Of a stretch of DNA of 23,270 bases, positions 13,200 through 20,663 are shown piece by piece (position 1 is the first letter of the stretch; each line of letters begins with the position of its first letter). The stretch is from an uncultured Oscillospiraceae bacterium. GTDB lineage: Bacteria > Bacillota > Clostridia > Oscillospirales > Oscillospiraceae. Where the stretch lies: contig CAJTLI010000006.1 in assembly GCA_910577525.1 (NCBI GenBank), positions 61,535-84,804 on the forward strand, written 5' to 3'. Under the pieces are notes generated by a model, which had not been told where the DNA came from, did no database searches, and was given only the letters and a program-made list of their open reading frames with translations. Both the position numbers and the translations under genes were made by a program.

Positions 13200-14759
13200 A
13201 TGCAAGTGCCAGTCTTTGTGACCGTGATTATCGCCGTGGCGGCCGCCCTGATCTGCCTGGCGGTGGGCGCTGTCGTGGGTTATCAGCGCAGAAAATCCTT
13301 CGCGGAGCGGGAGATCGGCTCCGCCGAGGAGGAGGCCCGCCGGGTCATCAACGACGCCATCAAGTCCGCCGAGAGCAAGAAGCGGGAGGCCACCGTGGAG
13401 GCCAAGGAGGAGATCCTCAAGGCCCGCAGCGAGTTCGACAAGGAGGTCAAGGACCGCCGCAACGAAATTCAGCGCCAGGAGAACCGGCTCAACTCCAAGG
13501 AGGAAAACCTGGACCGGAAGCTGGAGAACCTGGAGCGCAAGGAGGAGAACGTCAACGTCCGCATCGCCCAGCTGGAGGCGGAAAAGCAGGAGCTGGACAA
13601 GCTGAAGGACAGCCAGCTGGAGCTGCTGGAGCGCATCTCCGGCCTGACGGTGGAGGAGGCCAAGCGCTACCTCATCGACCAGCTGGCCGACGACGTGACC
13701 CACGAGCAGGCTTTGAAGCTGAAGGAGATCCAGGCCCGCTACAAGGAGGAGGCGGAGACCTACGCCCGGGAGCAGATCGCCCTGGCCATCCAGCGCTGCG
13801 CCGCCGACCATGTGGCGGAGGCCACCGTGTCCGTGGTGCCCCTGCCCAACGACGAGATGAAGGGCCGGATCATCGGTCGGGAGGGCCGCAACATCCGCAC
13901 TCTGGAGACCATGACCGGGGTGGACCTCATCATCGACGACACCCCCGAGGCCATCACCGTGTCCTGCTTCGACCCGGTGCGCCGGGAGATCGCCCGGCTG
14001 GCCCTGGAAAAGCTGATTTTGGACGGCCGCATTCACCCCACCCGCATTGAGGAGATGGTGGAGAAGGCCAAGCGGGAGGTGGACGCCACCATCCGCGCCG
14101 AGGGGGAGCGGGCCGTGTTTGAGACCAACGTCCACGGCCTGAACCCGGAGCTGGTGAAGCTGCTGGGCCGCCAGCACTACCGCACCAGCTACGGCCAGAA
14201 CGTCTTGAACCACTCCATTGAGGTGTCCCAGCTGGCCGGGCTGCTGGCCGCTGAGATCGGCGTCAACGTGGCCGAAGCCAAGCGGGCGGGGCTGCTTCAC
14301 GATTTGGGCAAGTCCATCGACCACGAGGTGGAGGGCTCCCACGTGCAGATCGGCGTGGAGCTGGCCCGGAAGTACCGGGAGAGCGAGAACGTCATCCACG
14401 CCATCGAGGCCCACCACGGCGACGTGGAGGCCAAGACCATCGTGGCCTGCCTGGTCCAGGCCGCCGACGCCATCTCCGCCGCCCGTCCCGGCGCCCGGAA
14501 GGAGAACGTGGAGTACTACATCAAGCGGCTGGAGAAGCTGGAGGAGCTCACCTCCTCCTTCAACGGGGTGGACAAAGCCTACGCCATCCAGGCGGGGCGC
14601 GAGGTGCGCATCATGGTCAATCCCGAGGCCATCCCCGAGGACAAAATGGTGCTGCTGGCCCGGGAGATCGCCAAGAAGATCGAGGACGAGCTGGAGTATC
14701 CGGGGCAGATCAAGGTGAACCTGATCCGGGAGACGAAGGCGATCGAGTACGCCAAATAG
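13200..14759 (+). CDS. rny: ribonuclease Y
   Basis: 519 aa from the ATG at 13200. It has an N-terminal TM helix ([26 protein letters not shown]), a long charged coiled-coil, a KH domain ([36 protein letters not shown]), an HD domain ([13 protein letters not shown]...GLLHDLGK...HH) and the C-terminal AGREVRIMV...[12 protein letters not shown] block. Confidence 0.95.
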   Translation: MQVPVFVTVIIAVAAALICLAVGAVVGYQRRKSFAEREIGSAEEEARRVINDAIKSAESKKREATVEAKEEILKARSEFDKEVKDRRNEIQRQENRLNSKEENLDRKLENLERKEENVNVRIAQLEAEKQELDKLKDSQLELLERISGLTVEEAKRYLIDQLADDVTHEQALKLKEIQARYKEEAETYAREQIALAIQRCAADHVAEATVSVVPLPNDEMKGRIIGREGRNIRTLETMTGVDLIIDDTPEAITVSCFDPVRREIARLALEKLILDGRIHPTRIEEMVEKAKREVDATIRAEGERAVFETNVHGLNPELVKLLGRQHYRTSYGQNVLNHSIEVSQLAGLLAAEIGVNVAEAKRAGLLHDLGKSIDHEVEGSHVQIGVELARKYRESENVIHAIEAHHGDVEAKTIVACLVQAADAISAARPGARKENVEYYIKRLEKLEELTSSFNGVDKAYAIQAGREVRIMVNPEAIPEDKMVLLAREIAKKIEDELEYPGQIKVNLIRETKAIEYAK

Positions 14760-14790
14760 CGCGCGGCTAATCCGAGCGTGAATACAGCTG

Positions 14791-14826
14791 CACGCCGCCG
14801 GGAGGCCCCCGGCGGCGTGTTTTTTC
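14791..14826 (+). terminator. intrinsic terminator after rny
   Basis: A 12-bp stem CACGCCGCCGGG / CCCGGCGGCGTG with loop AGGCC, followed by TTTTTT. Confidence 0.85.
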
Positions 14827-14829
14827 CCG

Positions 14830-14858
14830 TTGCGTTTTAACTGCGGCTGTGATATGCT
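14830..14858 (+). promoter_or_regulatory. candidate promoter TTGCGT-17-(TGa)TATGCT for the low-GC small gene
   Basis: TTGCGT 14830-14835, 17-nt spacer, extended -10 TGATATGCT 14850-14858. Confidence 0.4.
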
Positions 14859-14902
14859 GATACGTGTTCAACAGATCTGAGCTGGAAAGAGGAGGTTCTG
14901 AA

Positions 14903-15274
14903 ATGAAAAAGAAAGGTATCATAGCAACGGTGATCGTTCTGATTGTTGTGACAGCAGGCGTTTATCTGCTGTCGCGCCCTAAGCCATTGGGCAGTATGCA
15001 CAACAGCTATTCAGTACAGACCACGACGGTTTCTGATATTGCGTTTTTGGGAGATGCAAACCAAAAAATCAGATTTTCATTCCGTTCTGACATTGTAAGC
15101 GGAGATTTAGACATCATTCTGTCTGATTCGGCTGGTAATGAAGTATATATGCTGGATCAGGCGGATGCCTTGGAAAAACTGCTCACGTTAGACAGTTCGG
15201 ATACCTATACTTTGACAGCTAAGTGTACCAATTTTGTTGGGAAATATGAGGTTTCCGTTTACAAGGCGGACTAA
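14903..15274 (+). CDS. hypothetical small membrane-anchored/secreted protein (123 aa) in a low-GC islet
   Basis: The ATG at 14903 is preceded by AGAGGAGG at 7-nt spacing. MKKKGIIATVIVLIVVTAGVYLL is a signal-anchor helix, followed by an S/T/D-rich, beta-looking domain of about 95 aa. I recognise no family. Base composition is strikingly AT-rich relative to all neighbours. Confidence 0.6.
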   Translation: MKKKGIIATVIVLIVVTAGVYLLSRPKPLGSMHNSYSVQTTTVSDIAFLGDANQKIRFSFRSDIVSGDLDIILSDSAGNEVYMLDQADALEKLLTLDSSDTYTLTAKCTNFVGKYEVSVYKAD

Positions 15275-15329
15275 GCAGCTTTTTATGCAACATAGTCATA
15301 TTTGTACTCCGAGAAAAGGAATGGATTTT

Positions 15330-16262
15330 ATGCTCACCTTTGAAAGCCCCCAGTTCGAGGACCGCGCCTGGGTCCAGCCCCTGCTGGAAGCGGAGGGCGG
15401 CTCCGGCTGCGAATACAATTTCGCCAACATCTATCTCTGGAGCCGGGCCTGGCCCCAGAAAATCGCCCGGTGCGGGGACCGTCTGCTGACCCGCATCCAG
15501 GGCGCCCTGGGCCTGAGCTACCTGTATCCCGCCGGGCGGGGTCCCCTGGCCCCCGCCGTGGAGGCGTTGGAGGCGGACGCCGCCGCCCAGGGCCGTCCCC
15601 TCACTCTGGTGTGCGTCACCCAGGAGCAGAAGGCCGCTCTGGAGGAGGCCTGTCCGGGTAGGTTCCGGTTTGAGGAGGACCGGGACGGCTTTGACTACCT
15701 CTACGACATCAACCGCCTGGCGGACCTGCCGGGGAAAAAGCTCCACGCCAAGCGCAACCACATCCGCCGTTTTGACGACCAGTTCCCCGACTGGCTGCTG
15801 GAGGACATCAGCCCCGCCAACGTCCCCGAGTGCGTGGAGCTGGAGCGCCAGTGGGCCGCCATCCGCCAGGAGGAGGTGGGGGAGGACGTGAACACCGTCT
15901 CCGAGGAGACGGTGGCCGTCATCGAGGCTTTGTACCACATGGACAAGCTGGGGCTGGAGGGGGCCCTGATCCGGGCGGACGGGGACCCTGTGGCCTTCTC
16001 CCTGGGGGGCTTCATCACCCCCGAGGTCTTCGATGTGAACTTTGAAAAGTCCTTCGGCGACATTCAGGGGGCCTATCCCGCCATCAACCGGGAGCTGGCC
16101 CGACTCATCCGGTCCCGGCATCCCCAGGTCAAGTGGTTCAACCGGGAGGATGACATGGGGCTGGACGGCCTGAGAAAGGCCAAGCTGTCCTATTATCCGG
16201 ACATCCTGCTGGTCAAGTACATCGCCCGGACCGGCCCGGACGCCTCCCCCCGGGGGCGGTAG
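15330..16262 (+). CDS. DUF2156 domain protein (stand-alone homologue of the aminoacyl-phosphatidylglycerol synthase / MprF C-terminal catalytic domain)
   Basis: 310 aa from the ATG at 15330 (AAAGGA 9 nt upstream). The blocks CEYNFANIYLWS, DYLYDINRLADLPGKKLHAKRNHIRRF and DDMGLDGLRKAKLSYYP match my recollection of DUF2156 / LPG_synthase_C proteins. No transmembrane segment is present. Confidence 0.75.
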   Translation: MLTFESPQFEDRAWVQPLLEAEGGSGCEYNFANIYLWSRAWPQKIARCGDRLLTRIQGALGLSYLYPAGRGPLAPAVEALEADAAAQGRPLTLVCVTQEQKAALEEACPGRFRFEEDRDGFDYLYDINRLADLPGKKLHAKRNHIRRFDDQFPDWLLEDISPANVPECVELERQWAAIRQEEVGEDVNTVSEETVAVIEALYHMDKLGLEGALIRADGDPVAFSLGGFITPEVFDVNFEKSFGDIQGAYPAINRELARLIRSRHPQVKWFNREDDMGLDGLRKAKLSYYPDILLVKYIARTGPDASPRGR

Positions 16263-16272
16263 CCCGTCAAAA

Positions 16273-16298
16273 CCGCCCGGAAACTCCGGGCGGTTTTT
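16273..16298 (+). terminator. intrinsic terminator after the DUF2156 gene
   Basis: Stem CCGCCCGG / CCGGGCGG with loop AAACT, followed by TTTTT. An A-tract upstream extends the pairing. Confidence 0.8.
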
Positions 16299-16312
16299 GT
16301 GCGGTTTGTCTA

Positions 16313-16341
16313 TTGAGCTTCTTGACAGTTTCTGGTATGAT
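16313..16341 (+). promoter_or_regulatory. candidate promoter TTGAGC-17-(TGg)TATGAT of the uracil permease leader
   Basis: TTGAGC 16313-16318, 17-nt spacer, TGGTATGAT 16333-16341. Confidence 0.5.
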
Positions 16342-16368
16342 GGACCGAACGCAAAGGGAGGGAAGCGT

Positions 16369-16431
16369 ATGCGCCGGCCGCTGGTTTTTGGGATGTCTGT
16401 TCAGCGGGCATATTATTTCCGTTTTTCCTGA
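16369..16431 (+). CDS. candidate 20-codon leader peptide MRRPLVFGMSVQRAYYFRFS
   Basis: The ATG at 16369 is preceded by GGGAGG (16356-16361) at 7-nt spacing. The TGA stop (16429-16431) lies 3 nt before the terminator stem. The ORF is too short for the track and there is no homology evidence. Confidence 0.35.
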   Translation: MRRPLVFGMSVQRAYYFRFS

Positions 16432-16434
16432 GTT

Positions 16435-16468
16435 GGGCAGTCGCCGTCCGGTGATTGCCCCTTTTTTT
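16435..16468 (+). terminator. leader (attenuator) terminator upstream of the uracil permease
   Basis: 16435-16445 pairs with 16450-16460 (11 bp including two G-U, loop GTCC), followed by C and TTTTTTT (16462-16468). It lies 31 nt upstream of the permease ATG, inside its 5' UTR. Confidence 0.65.
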
Positions 16469-16498
16469 GCGCATTTCAACAGAAGAGGGAGAGAGTGT

Positions 16499-17893
16499 AT
16501 GAACAACCAAGAACCCATCCGCGACGCCCGCGCCCTGGGTATGCCGAAAATGCTGGTGCTGGGCCTCCAGCACATGTTCGCCATGTTCGGGGCCACCGTG
16601 CTGGTCCCAATCCTGGTGAACACCTACGGCCTGCCCCTGTCCATCCAGACCACCCTGTTTTTCGCCGGCATCGGCACCCTGTTCTTCCACGTGTGCACCA
16701 GGCTGAGGGTGCCCGCCTTCCTGGGCTCCTCCTTCGCCTTTCTGGGGGGCTTTGAGGCGGTGTCCAAGCTGGACTCCGGCAAATACGCCGCCATGGAGGC
16801 CGGCGAAAAGCTGCAATACGCCTGCGGCGGCATTGTGGTGGCCGGCCTGCTGTATGTGGTGCTGGCCGCCATCATCAAGCTGGTGGGCGTGCACAAGGTG
16901 ATGCGCTTCCTGCCCCCTGTCGTCACCGGCCCCATCATCATCCTCATCGGCCTGAACCTGGCCCCCTCCGCGGTGAACAACGCCAAGACCTGCTGGTGGC
17001 TGGCCCTGGCGGCCATGGCCATCATCATCGCGGCCAACATCTGGGGCAAGGGCATGGTCAAGATCATCCCCATTCTGCTGGGCGTGGTGGGCTCCTACCT
17101 GATCGCCGTCATCGCCAACGCCCTGGGGGCCCAGGCCTGGGACTTCTCCGGCGCTGAGCCCGCAAAGGTGGCCCTGATGAACTTCACCACCGTGGCTGAT
17201 TCCCAGATCCTGGGCCTCCAGCCCTTCTTCACCGACTTCGGCGGCTCCATCGCCAAGTTTGACCTGACCTCCATCCTGGTGATGGCCCCCATCGCCATCG
17301 CCGCCATGATGGAGCACATCGGCGACATGTCCGCCATCTCCGCCACCGTGGGGGAGAATTTCATCGAGGACCCGGGCCTCCACCGCACCCTCATCGGGGA
17401 CGGCGTGGCCACCTCTCTGTCCGCCCTCTTCGGCGGCCCCGCCAACACCACCTACGGCGAGAACACCGGCGTGCTGGTCCTCTCCCGGGTGTACGACCCC
17501 AAGGTGATCCGGCTGGCTGCCGTCTACGCCCTGGTTCTCTCCTTCAGCCCCATGTTCGCGGCGGTGGTCAACTCCATGCCCGCGGCCATCGTGGGCGGCG
17601 TGTCCTTCATCCTGTACGGCATGATCTCCGCCATCGGCGTGCGCAACGTGGTGGAAAACCGGGTGGACTTCACCAACTCCCGAAACCTCATCATCGCCGC
17701 CGTCATCCTGGTGTGCGGCCTGGGCTTCACCGGCGGGCTCACCTTTGAGGTGCTGGGGACCTCCATCACCCTGACCTCCCTGGCCATCGCCGCCATCGCG
17801 GGCATCGCTCTCAACGCGGTCCTGCCGGGCAAGGACTATCAGTTCGGCTCCGACGTGACCCAGGGCCGCTCCGCCGACTTCGGCCGCTATTGA
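16499..17893 (+). CDS. uraA: uracil permease (NCS2 / uracil-xanthine permease family, UraA/PyrP-like)
   Basis: 464 aa from the ATG at 16499 (GAGGGAGAG RBS). There is strong block similarity to E. coli UraA: LQHMFAMFGATVLVP, GIGTLFF, PAFLGSSFAF, MEHIGD, DPGLHRTLIGDGVATSLSALFGGPANTTYGENTGVLVLSRVY, GGVSFILYGMISAIGVR. Confidence 0.88.
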   Translation: MNNQEPIRDARALGMPKMLVLGLQHMFAMFGATVLVPILVNTYGLPLSIQTTLFFAGIGTLFFHVCTRLRVPAFLGSSFAFLGGFEAVSKLDSGKYAAMEAGEKLQYACGGIVVAGLLYVVLAAIIKLVGVHKVMRFLPPVVTGPIIILIGLNLAPSAVNNAKTCWWLALAAMAIIIAANIWGKGMVKIIPILLGVVGSYLIAVIANALGAQAWDFSGAEPAKVALMNFTTVADSQILGLQPFFTDFGGSIAKFDLTSILVMAPIAIAAMMEHIGDMSAISATVGENFIEDPGLHRTLIGDGVATSLSALFGGPANTTYGENTGVLVLSRVYDPKVIRLAAVYALVLSFSPMFAAVVNSMPAAIVGGVSFILYGMISAIGVRNVVENRVDFTNSRNLIIAAVILVCGLGFTGGLTFEVLGTSITLTSLAIAAIAGIALNAVLPGKDYQFGSDVTQGRSADFGRY

Positions 17894-18053
17894 GGAAGCA
17901 CTGATTCAATGCGTCTGCGGCGCTTCTCGGATATTTTTCACCACAGCTTCGTTGCGATTTCTTGAAATAAACACAATTATTCCTGCGAAATCGCGCCTCA
18001 CTGTGGCGAAAAATCTCTCACAAATCGCTCTTGTCGATTTAATCAGTCCTTCC
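17894..18053. repeat. 160-nt imperfect palindrome bounded by inverted 17-mers (MITE/REP-like)
   Basis: IR-L GGAAGCACTGATTCAAT (17894-17910) versus IR-R ATTTAATCAGTCCTTCC (18037-18053), 15/17 complementary. Internal complementary blocks: ATTTTTCACCACAG / CTGTGGCGAAAAAT and GCGATTTC / GAAATCGC. TTGA(G) lies immediately outside both ends (17890-17894 and 18054-18058). Confidence 0.4.
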
Positions 18054-18076
18054 TTGAGCCCTGCCGCCTGTAACCC

Positions 18077-18112
18077 ATACAAAAAGAGAGGCTTTCGCCT
18101 CTCTTTTTGTAT
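18077..18112. terminator. bidirectional intrinsic terminator between convergent uraA and the TIM-barrel isomerase gene
   Basis: A 16-bp perfect stem ATACAAAAAGAGAGGC / GCCTCTCTTTTTGTAT with loop TTTC. The A-run and T-run inside the arms give a U-tract on either strand. Confidence 0.8.
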
Positions 18113-18123
18113 TATTGCATTAA

Positions 18124-18140
18124 GGAAGGGCTGATTAAAG
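18124..18140. repeat. third copy of the 17-mer (GGAAGGGCTGATTAAAG), same orientation as IR-L
   Basis: 15/17 identical to the reverse complement of IR-R. It overlaps the stop codon (18135-18137) of the convergent minus-strand gene. Confidence 0.45.
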
Positions 18141-18992
18141 CTCCCCGTACCTGCGCTCCAGAAACTCCCGGGCGGCCACGGCGGTGCTGTTGTCGGTGTT
18201 CTCCAGGGTGGCCTGGAGATAGGGCTTGCGCTCCTTCATAAACCGCAGAACCTGGGTATAGTCCATCTCCCCCGTTCCGGCGGCGCAGGCGCGAAGCTCG
18301 TCCCCCTCCCGGACAAAGTCCTTCAGGTGGACCACCGCCACCCGGTCTCCCAGCTTGCTGATGGCGTCCCCAATCACCTGTTCCCGCCGGTCCGCGTTCC
18401 CGGCGTACAGCAGGTTCACCGGGTCCAGGATGATCCGCAGGTTGGGGCTCCTGACGGCGTCCAGCACCTCCAGGGCCCGGTCCGCGTCATAGACGATGTG
18501 CTTCCACACCGGCTCGATGGCCAGGGCCACGCCCCAGTGCTCCGCCCGCTCCACCACCGGGGCCAGTCCCCGGATAAAGGCGTTCAACGCCTCCCTGCCG
18601 TGGGTATTGGCGTCCATTTGATACTCCGGATTGGGGGCCCCCGTCTCGGTGCCCACCACGCCGGCCCCCATGAGGGCGGCGGCCCGGAGGTGGCCGTAAT
18701 AGCAGTCCTGGATGTCCCTCAGCCTGTCCGGGTCGGGGTGGGCCAGGTTCAGGTAACACCCCAGCACCGCCACGTCCAGCTCCTGCCGGGCGAACACCCG
18801 CCTGACATACATGGCCAGCCCCTCGCTGAGGGCGCAGCCGTCGAAGCTCACGCCCTTGATGACCTTGGACAGGGCCAGGTGCGCGCAGGTGAAGCCCTCC
18901 GCCCGGGCCGCCGCCCCCCGGGCCTCTATGGTCTGGTGCTCCGGCCCCAGGCCGGTGTTCACGTCGTGCAGCCGGATGCCGATCTGCATCAT
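18135..18992 (-). CDS. sugar phosphate isomerase/epimerase (xylose-isomerase-like TIM barrel, AP endonuclease 2 family)
   Basis: 285 aa. The pattern IGIRLHD...LALEP...VVHLKD...GTGEMDY with conserved E/D/H positions is typical of Xyl-isomerase-like TIM-barrel proteins. GGAGAGGAG RBS upstream. Confidence 0.8.
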   Translation of the reverse strand: MMQIGIRLHDVNTGLGPEHQTIEARGAAARAEGFTCAHLALSKVIKGVSFDGCALSEGLAMYVRRVFARQELDVAVLGCYLNLAHPDPDRLRDIQDCYYGHLRAAALMGAGVVGTETGAPNPEYQMDANTHGREALNAFIRGLAPVVERAEHWGVALAIEPVWKHIVYDADRALEVLDAVRSPNLRIILDPVNLLYAGNADRREQVIGDAISKLGDRVAVVHLKDFVREGDELRACAAGTGEMDYTQVLRFMKERKPYLQATLENTDNSTAVAAREFLERRYGEL

Positions 18993-19049
18993 GATACGCT
19001 TCTCCTCTCCATCAAAATGGGGCCTGTTTCCGGGCCCGGCGGCCCCCCG

Positions 19050-19829
19050 TCACGGCGTATAGTCAAACCTGCGGCAGAGCCACGTCTTGCACAGGGGCAC
19101 CCAGGCCTGGCACACCTGGTCCGGCGTCTCCACCTCCTGAGTACAGGTGGAGATGCCGTGGGCCCCCGTCCCAAACAGGTGGTACTCCAGGGGCACGCCA
19201 TGTTTTTTCAGCTCCACCGCCAGCAGCAGGCTGTTCTCCGGCGGCACGCTGGCGTCCCCGCCGCCGTGCCACATGAAAGTGGGCGGGAAGTCCGCCGTCA
19301 CCCGGTCCCAGAGGTGGAGCTTCTCCCGCAGAGCCGGGTCCCCACCGGACACCCACTGCGCCGACTCCTCGTGGGCGAACTCCTTGGTGCTCACCACCGG
19401 ATAGCACAGCGCCAACGCGTCCGGCCTGGACCAGGCGGGCAGGGCCAGCTCGGGGTCCTTCCACAGGGCCCCCAGGCTGGCCGCCAGGTGCCCCCCGGCG
19501 GAGAAGCCCAGCACCGCGATCTTCTCCGGATCGATGTGCCACGCCTGATGGTTCCGGCGCAGCCCGCACACCGCCTCCGCCAGCTCCCAGAGGGGGCGCA
19601 GGCCCCCCGCCTTCTCCCCGCAGGAGTACTCCAGGATAAACGCCTGAAAGCCCATGGACAGAAACTCCAGGGCAGGGGCATCCTTCTCCCTGGGAGAGCG
19701 CCAACGGTAGGCCCCGCCGGGGCAGATCACCACGGCGGGGCGGATTTTATGGGCGGAGAGGGTGTCGTAGTCCTCCTGTAAATAGCCCTTGACCTGGGCG
19801 CCCAGAGCCTGGAACGAGACAATCTCCAT
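19050..19829 (-). CDS. alpha/beta hydrolase (carbohydrate esterase-like; GFSAGGH nucleophile elbow)
   Basis: 259 aa from the ATG at 19829-19827, which overlaps the kduD stop (TAATG). Motifs: VVICPGGAY, the GxSxG motif LGFSAGGHLA, and the C-terminal HLFGTGAHG. The upstream part of track ORF 19050..20078 is the out-of-frame kduD region. Confidence 0.8.
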   Translation of the reverse strand: MEIVSFQALGAQVKGYLQEDYDTLSAHKIRPAVVICPGGAYRWRSPREKDAPALEFLSMGFQAFILEYSCGEKAGGLRPLWELAEAVCGLRRNHQAWHIDPEKIAVLGFSAGGHLAASLGALWKDPELALPAWSRPDALALCYPVVSTKEFAHEESAQWVSGGDPALREKLHLWDRVTADFPPTFMWHGGGDASVPPENSLLLAVELKKHGVPLEYHLFGTGAHGISTCTQEVETPDQVCQAWVPLCKTWLCRRFDYTP

Positions 19830-20626
19830 TACGGCTGTTTGCCGATGTAGGCCAGAATGCCGCCGTCCACGTACAGGATGTGGCCGTTGACGAAGTCGGA
19901 GGCGGAGGAGGCCAGGAACACGGCGGGACCGGCCAGGTCGGCGGCCTCGCCCCAGCGGTTGGCGGGGGTCTTGGCCAGGATGAACTGGTCGAAGGGGTGG
20001 CGGGAGCCGTCGGGCTGAATCTCCCGCAGGGGGGCGGTCTGGGGGGTGGCAATGTAGCCCGGGCCGATGCCGTTGCACTGGATGTTGTACTGGCCGTACT
20101 CGCTGGCGATGTTTTTCGTCAGCATCTTCAGCCCGCCCTTGGCGGCGGCGTAGGCGGAGACGGTCTCCCGGCCCAGCTCGCTCATCATGGAGCAGATATT
20201 GATGATCTTGCCGCCGCCCTTTTTCATCATGCCGGGGATGACGGCCTTGGCCATGATGAAGGGGCCGTTCAGGTCGATGTCGATGACCTGACGGAAGTCC
20301 GCGGCGGACATCTCCACCATAGGGATGCGCTTGATGATGCCCGCGTTGTTCACCAGAATATCCACCGTGCCCACATCCTGCTCAATCTTGGCGATCATCT
20401 CCTGGACGGCGGGTTCATCGGTCACGTCACAGATATAGCCATGGGCTTCAATGCCCAGTTCCTTGTAGGCAGCCACACCCTTCTCAATGAGCTCAGGCTT
20501 GCGGTCGTTGAACACAATCTTGGCGCCCATCTGCCCCATGGCCGAGGCGATGGCAAAGCCGATTCCGTAGGAGGCGCCTGTCACCAGCGCCACCTTCCCG
20601 TCCAGACGGAAAGCGTTCATATCCAT
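19829..20626 (-). CDS. kduD: SDR oxidoreductase, 2-dehydro-3-deoxy-D-gluconate 5-dehydrogenase / gluconate 5-dehydrogenase family
   Basis: 265 aa. GKVALVTGASYGIGFAIA (Rossmann TGxxxGIG), NNAGI, catalytic SMMSELGRETVSAYAAAKGG (YxxxK), and the C-terminal GHILYVDGGILAYIGKQP typical of KduD/IdnO. It lies immediately downstream of kduI. Confidence 0.85.
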   Translation of the reverse strand: MDMNAFRLDGKVALVTGASYGIGFAIASAMGQMGAKIVFNDRKPELIEKGVAAYKELGIEAHGYICDVTDEPAVQEMIAKIEQDVGTVDILVNNAGIIKRIPMVEMSAADFRQVIDIDLNGPFIMAKAVIPGMMKKGGGKIINICSMMSELGRETVSAYAAAKGGLKMLTKNIASEYGQYNIQCNGIGPGYIATPQTAPLREIQPDGSRHPFDQFILAKTPANRWGEAADLAGPAVFLASSASDFVNGHILYVDGGILAYIGKQP

Positions 20627-20663
20627 AGTAAATTCCTCCTCATTTCAGTCAATGGTTTGCCGT

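Noticed and set aside
13134-14417. 427-aa minus-strand ORF and 317-aa plus-strand alternate-frame ORF (13097..14050) over rny
   Set aside because: Both overlap the unambiguous RNase Y frame (KH and HD domains). Their compositions are repetitive (L/Q/G/D/V or G/R/P/A).
16343-16498. PyrR binding loop or a purine/xanthine riboswitch in the uraA leader
   Set aside because: I looked for the PyrR box (UCCAGAGAGG-like loop) and for the purine-riboswitch core. Only a purine-rich AAAGGGAGGGAA stretch is present, and it is better explained as the RBS of the leader ORF. A covariance-model scan is still needed for certainty.
16310-17383. 357-aa minus-strand ORF antisense to the uracil permease
   Set aside because: The G/D/H/A-rich product has no motifs, and the permease frame matches UraA block for block.
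17908-17964. 18-codon ORF MRLRRFSDIFHHSFVAIS, and the 60-aa TTG-initiated ORF 17952..18134, inside the palindromic element (possible type I toxin)
   Set aside because: Only a marginal GAGGA lies 11 nt upstream. The peptide is not hydrophobic or toxin-like. The 60-aa ORF runs through the terminator hairpin. RNA or repeat function is more parsimonious.
18327-19781. 484-aa plus-strand ORF antisense to the isomerase and esterase genes
   Set aside because: Shadow ORF crossing an intergenic gap. It is P/G/R/H/V/L-rich with no motifs.
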